Part shown: piece by piece, positions 47,343 to 57,012 of the stretch
Numbering within the stretch: the stretch's first letter is position 1
Layout of the letters: every line of letters starts with the position of its first letter
Assembly: GCA_035555575.1 (NCBI GenBank)
Contig: DATMGL010000008.1
Span: 78,292 to 142,291, forward strand
Length of the DNA: 64,000 bases
DNA from: Sphingobium sp.
GTDB taxonomy: Bacteria > Pseudomonadota > Alphaproteobacteria > Sphingomonadales > Sphingomonadaceae
Reading direction: 5' to 3'
Notes under the pieces: generated by a model
The model's input: the letters and a program-made list of their open reading frames with translations, nothing else
What the model was told of the DNA's origin: nothing
Database searches by the model: none
Made by a program: the position numbers and the translations under genes

Positions 47343-48146
47343 TCACGCCTGCGCCATGCGCTCGGCGACCATCGCGTTAAGATCGTCCGGTATCTCCATA
47401 TAACCGCCGCTCAGGGCATCATAGCGGCCCGAGACAAGATCGAGGCAGCGCTGCGCGCAACGGGCGAGCCCTTCGGCCACGGCCTTGCCGTCCGACGCCT
47501 GCTGGAGCCGATCGACCATAGCGGGCAGCCACTTCTGCGCTTCGGGAGAGGTCATCGTGTCGCGCGCGAGGGCCGTGAAGACAAAGCCGGGGTCGATCGC
47601 AAAAATCTTCACGGCGCTGTCCGCCAGCTCCGCCGCTGCTTGCGCCACAATGCGGTTTTGCGCGATCTTGCCGGTGCAATAGGCGCTCATATGTGGCGCC
47701 ACCTTGCGGCTGGCGATCGCCGAAACGACGACGATCCGGCCCCGGTCCCGCGCCACCATGCCGGGCAGGATGCGGCGCAGAAACAGCATCGGCGCGCGAA
47801 TATGCACCTGTTGCGCGGCCCACCATGCCTCCATGTCCAGCTCGTGGATCGGCCCGAACGGACCGGGAACGCCGGCATTGTTGACGAAGATCGTCAGCGG
47901 ACCGAGCCGGGCTTCTGCTTCCGATACCGCGCGGTCGACATCGGCAGGCCGGGTCACGTCCGCCGCGACCGCAATGGCCCGCCCGCCCCGCGCCTCGATG
48001 GCTTCCACCACCTCGGCCAGCTGCGCGGCATTGCGTGCGACCAGCGCGACGGCCGCGCCTTCACCCGCCAGCCGCTCCGCGATCGCACGGCCAAAACCGC
48101 GCCCAGCGCCCGTCACAAGTGCGATCTCTCCCTGCATGGTCGTCAC
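47343..48146 (-). CDS. Short-chain dehydrogenase/reductase
   Basis: TGAGRGFG, NNAG, catalytic YCTGK (YxxxK). Confidence 0.92.
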   Translation of the reverse strand: MTTMQGEIALVTGAGRGFGRAIAERLAGEGAAVALVARNAAQLAEVVEAIEARGGRAIAVAADVTRPADVDRAVSEAEARLGPLTIFVNNAGVPGPFGPIHELDMEAWWAAQQVHIRAPMLFLRRILPGMVARDRGRIVVVSAIASRKVAPHMSAYCTGKIAQNRIVAQAAAELADSAVKIFAIDPGFVFTALARDTMTSPEAQKWLPAMVDRLQQASDGKAVAEGLARCAQRCLDLVSGRYDALSGGYMEIPDDLNAMVAERMAQA

Positions 48147-48183
48147 GAGGTCTCCTCTCCATCTGGGTCATTGCGTTTGCCGC

Positions 48184-48909
48184 TCAGTCGGTTCGCCGAC
48201 CGTCAGCGCGCCCCGGCTGCCAGGGCTCGCCTGTCACCGGGTGGGAATAATGAAAATCGACAATGGGCGTTTCCGGCCAGAAATTAGGCTCCCGGTCGGT
48301 CAACTCATCCGGCCCGCCCGGATCGTCCGGCCAGACCTTCGCGAAGAAACGGCCTTCATAGGGCTTGCTGTGCGCCCAGCCGGTCTCATAGTCCGCCTGC
48401 CAGAACATGTGATAATCGAGGACGGCAATCTTCCAGATGCCATCTTCCTTCACATAGCTGTTTTCATAGACACCGGCTTCCCACCACTGGCGCGGCAGCC
48501 GGTCGTTGATCCTGGCCTTGGTGTCATGGCTGCCACCTTGCATGAGCGCGCGAAAGCGGCCCTTGGCACTCTGCCGGTCCGGCGCGATGTCGACAATATC
48601 CTGAAGCTGGAGATGCTCGGCGAGCAGGCCGTAGACCGGACCGTTATTGCCATCGGTAAAATTGTTGCGCAGCCGCCCGCAATAGAGGCGCGAGAGGCCC
48701 GCCTTGCCACGGAAAATCCCGCCCATGAAATGGAGCACGCCCTGTTCCGCAAACAGGCCGACGACCTCGTCATACAGCCCCTTGTCCATATAATAGCCAT
48801 ATTTGAACTGAAGCGTGCGGACGGCCTGAATATCTTCCATGACGCCCAGCCGGTGCCGCAGGTCGGCCACCTCGTCCATCAACGTCCGTAGCGCCTGATC
48901 GTCGGACAT
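48184..48909 (-). CDS. NTF2/SnoaL-like lyase (LinA/scytalone-dehydratase fold; LdpA-like size and C-terminal extension)
   Basis: EDIQAVRTLQFKYGYYMD, EHLQLQDIVDI, WWEAGVYENSYVKEDGIWKI, HPVTG. Confidence 0.8.
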   Translation of the reverse strand: MSDDQALRTLMDEVADLRHRLGVMEDIQAVRTLQFKYGYYMDKGLYDEVVGLFAEQGVLHFMGGIFRGKAGLSRLYCGRLRNNFTDGNNGPVYGLLAEHLQLQDIVDIAPDRQSAKGRFRALMQGGSHDTKARINDRLPRQWWEAGVYENSYVKEDGIWKIAVLDYHMFWQADYETGWAHSKPYEGRFFAKVWPDDPGGPDELTDREPNFWPETPIVDFHYSHPVTGEPWQPGRADGRRTD

Positions 48910-48973
48910 CCTCTCACCTCTCATGCTGCCGCCAGCCCCTCCGATGGAAGGTGACGGGTAACCACCGTCGATG

Positions 48974-49003
48974 CAAGAAGGGAGCGCGCGGGGCCGCGCT
49001 CCC
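48974..49003 (-). terminator. Intrinsic terminator downstream of the TonB receptor
   Basis: The minus strand reads GGGAGCGCG-GCCCCG-CGCGCTCCC-TTCTT. Confidence 0.5.
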
Positions 49004-49023
49004 CTCCCCTGCTGCCGCGTCGC

Positions 49024-51354
49024 TCAGAAGCGGCGGCCGACCGTGATCGCCCACTCGCGCGGACGGCTCGGCTGACCGGTGAAGATATAGGTGCCGGACT
49101 GGATGAACTTGTTCACATAGTAGAATTTGTCGAACATGTTCGTCACCGACAGGGCAGCATACCATTCATCGTCTGGCGCGGCATAGGTCAGGCGGCCATT
49201 GGCGATCGCATAACCATCCTGCACCGCGCGGGGGTTGTTGGTCCATTCATTGAAGACCTTGGACTGGTAATAGACATCGACGCGCGGGGTGAGCGTGCCG
49301 CGGTCCCCCATCTCGATCTCATATTGCACGCCGGCATTATATTTCCATTCCGGTGTGCCCGGCGCTTTGCTGGCCAGCGTCGGCCCGCCTGAAACACCGC
49401 TGGCCGCGCCCAGCTCCTTGATCTTGAAGCCGGTATAGCTGGCCGACATATCGATCTGGAAGCCGCGCGCCGGGCGGATCTCCAGCTCGGCCTCGACCCC
49501 GTCGATCGTCGCCCGGCCGGCATTGGCAATGACGATGCTCGGCGCGCCATTATTGTCCAGACCGTTCGCGCTGAGCTGGAGGTTGGAGTAATCGCTGTGA
49601 TAGGCGGCGAGATTGAGGCGCACGAGGCGATCGAACAGGTCGCTCTTGAGGCCGATTTCATAAGCTTGCAACGTTTCCGGGCCAAACGGCACGGCCGCCG
49701 CCGGCGTGAAGGGACGCGGATTGATGCCCCCGCCCTTGAAGCCGGTCGAAAACTGGCCGTAGACCATGACGTTGTCCGTCACCTTGTAATCCGCGCCGAT
49801 CTTGTAATCGAACCGGTCGAACTTCGAGGCTGGCGAGGTGAAGGCGCCACCGGCGAAGAACGGCGTGCCCGCCGGCACATTGACGCGGTCGAACCGGTAG
49901 GTCTTCGATTCCTTCGTGTAGCGCAGGCCCCCCGTCACCGAGAATTTATCCGTCAGGTGGAAGACGCCATGCATGAAGGCGGAACGGTTCGAGGCGTCCG
50001 TGCTGTCATTCTGGTCAAAGGCGATGTTGGAAGCCGCCAGATAGGCGCCGCCGCCCAACGAGCTGTCGCCATCAAAGTAGAAAACGCCGGCGGCCCAGTC
50101 GAGCATCCCGTCAAAGGCCGAGCCTACCAGGCGGAATTCCTGGGTGAATTGCTCGAAACCGGCGACATTGTCGGTCAGCGCGACCGGTAGCGGCGCGTTA
50201 TTGGCATTCTGGGTGAAGCGGCCGTTGAACTTCTGATAGGCGGTGATCGACTTGAACTGGACATTATCCGTGATGTCCCAGCTGAGATCGCCGGAATAGC
50301 TCTCCGAATGCACCGTGTTCACAGGGGGCACCTTGCGCCCGAGAAACGCGCTGTCATAGGTCGCGAAGGTCACATAGGGATCGGTGATGAACCGGTCATC
50401 GAACGGGATGCCATATGTCGGCACCAGCCGGTTGGCATTGTAATTGACGAGAGCGGCCGCGCCCATGTTCAGATAGATGAGCGAGTCCGCCGCCGCTTCC
50501 GAATTGTCCCGAATGACTTCAGCGACGAGATTGACCTCGACATTCGACGCCGGTGTCCAGCGTAGTGCCGCCCGCCCGGCCCGCACGCTTTCACCGCCCA
50601 GCGTGCCGACCTTGCAGCTATTGCCCTGCGTCGAGACGGTCGGCTGCAAATTGCCGGCCAGCGCCGGGTAGGCGCAGGCGAAATCGACCCGATCCACATA
50701 GCCATCGCGCTCCTTGGAGGCGACGGAGAGGCGCAGCGCCAGCTGGTCCGCAATCAGCGGGATGTTCATCATGCCGCGCAGGTCCAGCCGGTTATAGCTA
50801 CCATATGTGCCTTCGACCGAGGCCTCGAAATGATCGGCCGGCTTCTTCGAGATCAGGCGAACCGCGCCGCCAATCGAATTCTTGCCGAACAGCGTGCCCT
50901 GCGGCCCGCGCAATATCTCCACGCGCTCAAGGTCGAGCAGGTCGAACGACGTGCCGAACAGCGAGGCATGATAGACATCGTCGACATAGAAACCGACGGC
51001 CGGTTCAAGCGCGAAGTTGAAATCGCTCTGGCCAATGCCGCGAATATAGGCCTGTGTCGATTTGCCATAGCCCGAGCTGCCGAGCCGCAGCGTGACGCTG
51101 GGCGCCGCCTTGCCGACATCGGTGATATTGCTGAAGCTGCGCTCGGCGAGCTGCGCGCCCGACATGGCAGTGATCGCCAGCGGCGTGTCCTGCAAATTGG
51201 TTGACCGGAACTGGGCCGTGACGACGATATCCTGCACACCATTGGCGTCGCGCGGCGCGTCCTCCTGCGCATGTGCGCCGGTCGCCAGCGCGCCGAGCAC
51301 AAGAAATGACGCACTGCGCAGCGCGCATGCCTTGAGAATATGGTGACAGGCCAT
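49024..51354 (-). CDS. TonB-dependent receptor
   Basis: RBS GGGAGG then ATG 51354, signal peptide, TonB box DIVVTA, plug RVEILRGPQGTLFGKNSIGG, C-terminal ..VGRRF. Confidence 0.95.
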   Translation of the reverse strand: MACHHILKACALRSASFLVLGALATGAHAQEDAPRDANGVQDIVVTAQFRSTNLQDTPLAITAMSGAQLAERSFSNITDVGKAAPSVTLRLGSSGYGKSTQAYIRGIGQSDFNFALEPAVGFYVDDVYHASLFGTSFDLLDLERVEILRGPQGTLFGKNSIGGAVRLISKKPADHFEASVEGTYGSYNRLDLRGMMNIPLIADQLALRLSVASKERDGYVDRVDFACAYPALAGNLQPTVSTQGNSCKVGTLGGESVRAGRAALRWTPASNVEVNLVAEVIRDNSEAAADSLIYLNMGAAALVNYNANRLVPTYGIPFDDRFITDPYVTFATYDSAFLGRKVPPVNTVHSESYSGDLSWDITDNVQFKSITAYQKFNGRFTQNANNAPLPVALTDNVAGFEQFTQEFRLVGSAFDGMLDWAAGVFYFDGDSSLGGGAYLAASNIAFDQNDSTDASNRSAFMHGVFHLTDKFSVTGGLRYTKESKTYRFDRVNVPAGTPFFAGGAFTSPASKFDRFDYKIGADYKVTDNVMVYGQFSTGFKGGGINPRPFTPAAAVPFGPETLQAYEIGLKSDLFDRLVRLNLAAYHSDYSNLQLSANGLDNNGAPSIVIANAGRATIDGVEAELEIRPARGFQIDMSASYTGFKIKELGAASGVSGGPTLASKAPGTPEWKYNAGVQYEIEMGDRGTLTPRVDVYYQSKVFNEWTNNPRAVQDGYAIANGRLTYAAPDDEWYAALSVTNMFDKFYYVNKFIQSGTYIFTGQPSRPREWAITVGRRF

Positions 51355-51624
51355 GTGGAATCCTCCCCTTTTATATTGACGCCCATTTTTAGGCGCCTTG
51401 AGCTCCCTGAGAGCCGCTTCGATGTATGAGATACACACAATGTACGAGCATTGGCAACATATATTGCAAACTTTACATTGGGGCTTTTGTCTGCTTCAAG
51501 CGGTGCTCAAACGGCATTTCCATGAAAAGCCGTGACATAAACAAATGACGGGAGGAGCCAGCGCGATGCAAGACACCATGAAAATCACCATGATGGCGCA
51601 GCCCTGGGCCGGGCAGACCTGCGC

Positions 51625-52137
51625 ATGAGTGGCTCATTTGATGACATTGCGATGCGCGACCGGCTCTGCATCGCTGACCGGATGGCGCGCTATTCCTGGG
51701 CAATCGATTCCGGCGATCTCCCCGCCTATCTCGATTGCTTCACCAGCGACGGCATCCTGCGCCACCCTTTGGCGGATGGCAGCCCCGGGGTTTACCGCGG
51801 ACATACGGGCATTGAAAATTTCATCAGCGGCAGCATCAGCCGGCGCGCCACGCAAACCTATGGCCATCAGCACCAGTTCAACGCCGTCCAGCTGAACCGC
51901 GAAGGCGACGATATCCGCGTCGCTGCCTATTGCATGATCTTCCGCCATGAATTTCACCGACAATATTGGCCGCGCAGCGCGTCCTGGCGGATGGGCACAT
52001 GGCATGCGCTACTCCGCGCCACCGGCAATGATTGGCGGATCGCCGATCTCGACGTGCGCATGTGGACCGACACGGCCCTGGGCGCAGGCATCGCGCTGGT
52101 CGATCGCGGCCCCGGATTGCCCGGCACGCGCGACTGA
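51625..52137 (+). CDS. NTF2/SnoaL-like (LinA/BaiE-type) protein
   Basis: DRMARYSWAIDSGD...CFTSDG, HQHQFN, W.I..L terminal strand. Confidence 0.8.
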   Translation: MSGSFDDIAMRDRLCIADRMARYSWAIDSGDLPAYLDCFTSDGILRHPLADGSPGVYRGHTGIENFISGSISRRATQTYGHQHQFNAVQLNREGDDIRVAAYCMIFRHEFHRQYWPRSASWRMGTWHALLRATGNDWRIADLDVRMWTDTALGAGIALVDRGPGLPGTRD

Positions 52138-52181
52138 CGAACGATCCGTAACAAACAAAACACATAGGCAGGGGGGACACG

Positions 52182-53525
52182 ATGAACGCAGGCAGCACCA
52201 GGGACGGCCGGAGCGAAAAATATCCGACCTGGATGATGGCGATGCTCATCCTCGTCGCTCTATCCAGCTTCATCGACCGGGTGATCGTTGCCACCCTCGG
52301 CCCGGCCATCAAGGCCGATCTGGGGATCAGCGACACCCAGTTCGGCCTCCTGACCGGGCTTGCCTTCGCCCTCCTCTACACCTCGGCCGGCATTCCGGTC
52401 GCGCGTCTGGCGGATCGCTATAACCGGGTCCGGCTGCTGGCGGTGGCGACGACGATCTGGTCGATCATGACCATGCTCAGCGGCGCAGCGGCCAACTTCG
52501 TGCAACTGCTGTTGCTGCGGCTGGGTGTCGGCATCGGCGAATCAGCGGCCAATCCGTGCACCATATCGATGGTGTCGGACCGGTTTCCGCGTCACAAGCG
52601 CGCCTCGGCCCTGGCGGTGGTGGCGCTGGGCGCTTCATTTGGATCGCTGGTTGGCGGCTTTGGCGGTGGCTGGCTGGGCGAGCATGTCGGCTGGCGCGCA
52701 GCCTTCGTCATCGTCGGGGCACCGGGCCTCATTCTGGCGCTGCTCCTGCTCGTCACCCTCAAGGAACAGCCGCGCGGCAGCTTTGATGCCCCGGCAGCGA
52801 CATCTGGCGAAACGCCGAGCTTCAAGGCGATGCTGCGCACGTTGCGCAGCAAGCCGGCCTTTCTCAACATGGCCTTTGCCTGCGGCCTGACGAGCTTCTG
52901 CAACTTCGGCATCCTGCTGTTCCTGCCCATCTATTTCGGCCGCTCCTACGATATGAGCATGACGCAGGCCGGGCTGCTCTTCGGCATCGTCACCAGCGTT
53001 TCCAACGGCGTGGGCACATTGCTGGGCGGCTTCGGCTCGGACTGGGCCGGCAAGCGGGACGACCGCTGGTATGCCTGGCTGCCGGCGATCACCCTCGTCC
53101 TTGCCGCCCCGCTATACATGTTCGGCCTCTCGCTGCCGGACTGGCACATTGCCCTGCCCATCGTCACCATCGCGGCGACGCTGGCTTTCACCTTTTACGC
53201 GCCCACCTTCGGCGCCGTGCAGAATATGGTGGAGCCGCGGATGCGAGCCTCCGCCTCGGCCATCATCATCTTCTTCCAGAATCTCGTCGGCATGGGGCTG
53301 GGCCCGCTGTTCGTCGGCTTCATGAGCGATGCGTTCGCGGATCGCCTATTCGAGGGAGATCATGCCAGCGCCTGTGTCGGCACCGTCGCGCAGACAGTGG
53401 AGGCCTGCGCCACCGCCGGCTCGCTCGGCATCCGCTACGCCATGATGAGTTGCGCGGTCGTCGCCTTCTGGGCGGCATTCCATTATTGGCTCGCCTCGCG
53501 CACCCTGCGCCGCGATATGATCTGA
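52182..53525 (+). CDS. MFS transporter (spinster-like)
   Basis: FIDR, ARLADRYNR motif A, RLGVGIGES, ~12 TM segments. Confidence 0.92.
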   Translation: MNAGSTRDGRSEKYPTWMMAMLILVALSSFIDRVIVATLGPAIKADLGISDTQFGLLTGLAFALLYTSAGIPVARLADRYNRVRLLAVATTIWSIMTMLSGAAANFVQLLLLRLGVGIGESAANPCTISMVSDRFPRHKRASALAVVALGASFGSLVGGFGGGWLGEHVGWRAAFVIVGAPGLILALLLLVTLKEQPRGSFDAPAATSGETPSFKAMLRTLRSKPAFLNMAFACGLTSFCNFGILLFLPIYFGRSYDMSMTQAGLLFGIVTSVSNGVGTLLGGFGSDWAGKRDDRWYAWLPAITLVLAAPLYMFGLSLPDWHIALPIVTIAATLAFTFYAPTFGAVQNMVEPRMRASASAIIIFFQNLVGMGLGPLFVGFMSDAFADRLFEGDHASACVGTVAQTVEACATAGSLGIRYAMMSCAVVAFWAAFHYWLASRTLRRDMI

Positions 53526-53529
53526 CGCC

Positions 53530-55011
53530 TCAGAGGCGGATCGAGATCGACTTCAGTTCCAGATGGGCGAGAATGCCCTCCCGCCCGTTTTCACGCCCCC
53601 AGCCGGATTGCTTGAAGCCGCCAAACGGCAGGGCGTTATCGATCCCTGCGCCATTCACGCGGATCGTGCCGGCGTCGATCAGCCGCGCCAGCTTGTGGGC
53701 GCGAGACAGGTCGCGCGTCCAGATATTGGCGGCCAGGCCATAGCGCGTATCATTGGCCCGCGCGGCCAGCGCGGTGAGGTCGTCCTCGTCAAAGGGCATC
53801 ACCGTCAGCACCGGGCCGAAAATCTCCTCGCGATAAACGCGCATATGGGGCTCGACATCGACCAGCACGGTCGGACGGACGAAATGCCCCGGCCCGGCCA
53901 GAGCGCCGCCATTCGTAACGCGCGTGCATCCGTCTCCGGCGCTCTCGGCCAGAAATGTCTCGACCCGCTGCTTCTGCCCCGCCGATACGAGCGGGCCGAT
54001 CCGGGTCGATGGTGCCGTGCCCGGCCCCAGCGTCAGGGCATCGGCATGACCGGCCACCGCATCGACGATCCGCTCGAAAACCTGCCGATGCGCATAGAGC
54101 CGCGACCCGGCGACACAGACTTGCCCGGAATTGAGAAAGATCCCGTTGGCCGCGCCCGCGGCCGCTGCATCCAGATCGGCATCGGGAAAGATGAACACAG
54201 GCGATTTACCGCCCAACTCCAGCGTCACCCGCTTGAGCGTCGGCAGGGCCGCCGCCGCAATGGCCTGGCCGGTCGCCGTTGACCCGGTGAAACTGATCCT
54301 GGCGATCATCGGGTGAGCCGCCAGCGCCGCGCCGGCTTCCGCCCCAAGACCGGTCACGATGTTCACGACACCGGCCGGAAAGCCTGCCTCGACAATCAGT
54401 TCGCCAAGCCGGATCGCCGTCAGCGAGGTCAGTTCGGCAGGCTTCAGCACAATCGTGCAGCCCGCCGCGATGGCCGGGCCGATCTTGTTGGCCGCCATCG
54501 TCAGCGGCAAATTCCAGGGAATGATCGCACCGACGACGCCGACCGGCTCATAGACGGTATAGGCATGGTGATCCGGCGCGGACAGCGTCGGCGTCTCACC
54601 CGAAACCTTGCCTGCCCATCCGGCATTGTAACGCAGACCGGCGACCGCGCCGGATACGCTGAAACGCGCCAGCGAGAGCGGCATGCCATTATCGAGGCTC
54701 TCCAGAAAAGCCAGCTCGTCACCATGCTGCTCGATCAGGTCCGCCAGATCCCACAGCAGCCGCGTTCGCGCCGGCGGCGGCATGGCGCGCCAGCCCGGCT
54801 CCCGCAGCGCGCGAGCGGCGGCCTGCACCGCCTCGTCCACATCTTCCCGCTGGCCTGCTGCAATATGGCCGATCACCGCCCCGGTGGCGGGGTCTTCGAC
54901 CGGCAGCGTGCCGCCTCGCATCGCCGCGCGCCACGCGCCATCGATGAGCAGGCCGTGCGCCCGCGCGAGGAAGACGCTGACCGCATCCGGCACGGCAAGC
55001 CGCCCGGTCAT
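53530..55011 (-). CDS. NAD-dependent aldehyde dehydrogenase (aromatic/phenylacetaldehyde type)
   Basis: IIPWN, KPAE, FTGST, LELGGKS, GQVCVAG (catalytic Cys), EEIFGP, GGFKQSG. Confidence 0.95.
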   Translation of the reverse strand: MTGRLAVPDAVSVFLARAHGLLIDGAWRAAMRGGTLPVEDPATGAVIGHIAAGQREDVDEAVQAAARALREPGWRAMPPPARTRLLWDLADLIEQHGDELAFLESLDNGMPLSLARFSVSGAVAGLRYNAGWAGKVSGETPTLSAPDHHAYTVYEPVGVVGAIIPWNLPLTMAANKIGPAIAAGCTIVLKPAELTSLTAIRLGELIVEAGFPAGVVNIVTGLGAEAGAALAAHPMIARISFTGSTATGQAIAAAALPTLKRVTLELGGKSPVFIFPDADLDAAAAGAANGIFLNSGQVCVAGSRLYAHRQVFERIVDAVAGHADALTLGPGTAPSTRIGPLVSAGQKQRVETFLAESAGDGCTRVTNGGALAGPGHFVRPTVLVDVEPHMRVYREEIFGPVLTVMPFDEDDLTALAARANDTRYGLAANIWTRDLSRAHKLARLIDAGTIRVNGAGIDNALPFGGFKQSGWGRENGREGILAHLELKSISIRL

Positions 55012-56081
55012 GTGCTGCGCCGCTCGACCAGCGAGAAGCCGATATCCACCCGCGCCGCCTTCTCGCGGTCACGGCGCTCATTCTGCACCGCGTCCAGCAT
55101 GAGCGCGGCCGCCTGCTTGCCGATGGCCGCGCCGTCGATGCGGATGGTGGTCAGCGCCGGTTCCAGCTCCCGTGCAAAGTCGAAATCGCCGAAGCCGATG
55201 ACGGCCAGCTCCTCCGGCACCCGCACGCCGCGCACCGCCGCCTCGATCAGCGCGCCCTGCGCGAGCCAGTCGGATGCGCAGACCAGCACATCGGGCCGCT
55301 CGCCCGCTTCCCACATTTGCGCGAAGGCCCGGCGCCCCTCGCCCACCGTGCCCGGCAGCCCCTGATCGACGCTCCTGGGTTCCGGCAAGCCGGCCTCCAT
55401 CAAAACGCGGGAAATGCCGTAACGGCGGATATGACCCCGACTGCTGTCGGTCGAGAAGATCATCGGCCGGCGATAGCCCTTGCGCAGCAGAAAATTGCCG
55501 ATCGCCACGCCGATATCATGGTGGGAAATGCCCGCGACCATATCGATCGGCGCCAGCGGCATTTCCCATGTCTCGACGATCGGCAGATGGGATTCGACCA
55601 GCAGGTTGCGCACATCGGGCGATACCGGCAGGCCGATCAGGATCAGGCCACCGGGGCGGCGGCTCAATATCTGGGTGACGATCTTGTCGCGCGTGGCATC
55701 CCGGCTGTAGATGCCGAGCAGCGATTGATACCCCCCGTCATCGAGCGCGGCAACGGCTGAACGAACCGTGGTGTCGAACAGTTCGAGCGGCGTGGGCGGC
55801 ACCATGATGGCGATGAGACGGCTGCGATTGGTGATCACCGTGCCAGTGGTCAGCGACGGGATATAGCCGGTCGCCGCGATCGCGGAATGCACGCGGCCAA
55901 GCGTTTCCTTGCTCAGGAGATTGGGCATGTTCAGGGCGCGCGATACAGTCGCTGTCGATACGCCCGCGGCGTCCGCGACATCGGCCAGTGTCGCGCCTGC
56001 CCGACGGCGGGTGCCATCGCCACGCGTCGTCGGTGCTTCCGTCATGGTCTTGCTGCCCCCCTTGGGCCAATCATCATTCAT
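55008..56081 (-). CDS. LacI-family transcriptional regulator
   Basis: TLADVADAAGVSTATVSRAL HTH followed by a periplasmic-binding-protein-like domain (LAVIGFGD, LTTI). Confidence 0.93.
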   Translation of the reverse strand: MNDDWPKGGSKTMTEAPTTRGDGTRRRAGATLADVADAAGVSTATVSRALNMPNLLSKETLGRVHSAIAATGYIPSLTTGTVITNRSRLIAIMVPPTPLELFDTTVRSAVAALDDGGYQSLLGIYSRDATRDKIVTQILSRRPGGLILIGLPVSPDVRNLLVESHLPIVETWEMPLAPIDMVAGISHHDIGVAIGNFLLRKGYRRPMIFSTDSSRGHIRRYGISRVLMEAGLPEPRSVDQGLPGTVGEGRRAFAQMWEAGERPDVLVCASDWLAQGALIEAAVRGVRVPEELAVIGFGDFDFARELEPALTTIRIDGAAIGKQAAALMLDAVQNERRDREKAARVDIGFSLVERRST

Positions 56082-56107
56082 GCATCAGCTTGAGCGATCA
56101 CAGCCGC

Positions 56108-56641
56108 TTAGGCAATGCCCCAGGACCAGAGCGCTCCCCCCTGAGTGAACGGTTTTCGCATGGGCGCCGCTGCCAGGGCTGGCGCCGCCATCGCCCCGGT
56201 CAGGATCGTCCACGCCCCGACCGGCCACTGGTCGGCCGCCGCCGCAAGGACAGGGAGGCAGCCGGATGCCCCGTCCACCACATCATGGGTCACCCTGCCG
56301 GCGTGCCTTTGATGGGCGATCCGTAACGCAAAGGGCCGGCGCGCCTCGGCCGCAAGGCCCGCGATCACGATCATGTCGGCATAGGTCGTCAATCCGGTCA
56401 GCCCGGCGAGTGACGTGCCGCGCAGCGCGCCATGCCAGAGCGAGAGAATATCCTGATCCGTCGCGACGACCCTCGCGCCGCTCGCTCTCGCCGCCGCGCC
56501 GAACGCGCGGGCTTCGGCAAACCGCGCATCGATCAGCGCCAGCCGCCTGTCCTTGCGCAAATCCACCGCAGCAAGTGGTCCGGCAACCAGCAGTCCCGCG
56601 GTAGCCACGCCACCGAATTTCAGCACATCCCGCCGGATCAT
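56108..56641 (-). CDS. Hypothetical protein with a twin-arginine-like signal peptide
   Basis: ATG 56641 overlaps the cytochrome stop (ATGA). MIRRDVLKFGGVATAGLLVAGPLAA resembles the S/T-RR-x-FLK Tat motif. Confidence 0.65.
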   Translation of the reverse strand: MIRRDVLKFGGVATAGLLVAGPLAAVDLRKDRRLALIDARFAEARAFGAAARASGARVVATDQDILSLWHGALRGTSLAGLTGLTTYADMIVIAGLAAEARRPFALRIAHQRHAGRVTHDVVDGASGCLPVLAAAADQWPVGAWTILTGAMAAPALAAAPMRKPFTQGGALWSWGIA

Positions 56642-57012
56642 TTCGAGGCAGCCTTCTTCCTGGAGGCGATGAAGGCCGCAATCTGGTCCATCTCCGCGTC
56701 GGGCACTTCGACCCGTGTGATGGTGGGCATGCTGTTCAGCCCCTGCCGGGCAACTGCCTTCACATAGTCCGCCGGAAGGTCGCTCCGCTCGCCCAGCAGC
56801 GCCTTGTCCTTGCCGAGACGGCGCTCCAGCATCATCGTGCCTGTGCCGCCTTCCAGATGGCAATAGCCGCATTTGGCCATGAAGAGCGCCCGTCCATCGG
56901 TGGCCCCGGATGCGGCGCGCCCGGCCTGCGGCGACGGTTGCGCACTCGCCAGGCCCATGATGCCCATGACAGCCGCCAGCGCAGCTGCGATACCGATACC
57001 CGTCCGTTTCAC
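56638..57012 (-). CDS. Monoheme cytochrome c subunit (PchC/EhyA-like)
   Basis: Sec signal, CGYCH heme motif, distal Met in GLNSMP. GTGA overlap with the flavoprotein gene. Confidence 0.88.
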   Translation of the reverse strand: MKRTGIGIAAALAAVMGIMGLASAQPSPQAGRAASGATDGRALFMAKCGYCHLEGGTGTMMLERRLGKDKALLGERSDLPADYVKAVARQGLNSMPTITRVEVPDAEMDQIAAFIASRKKAASK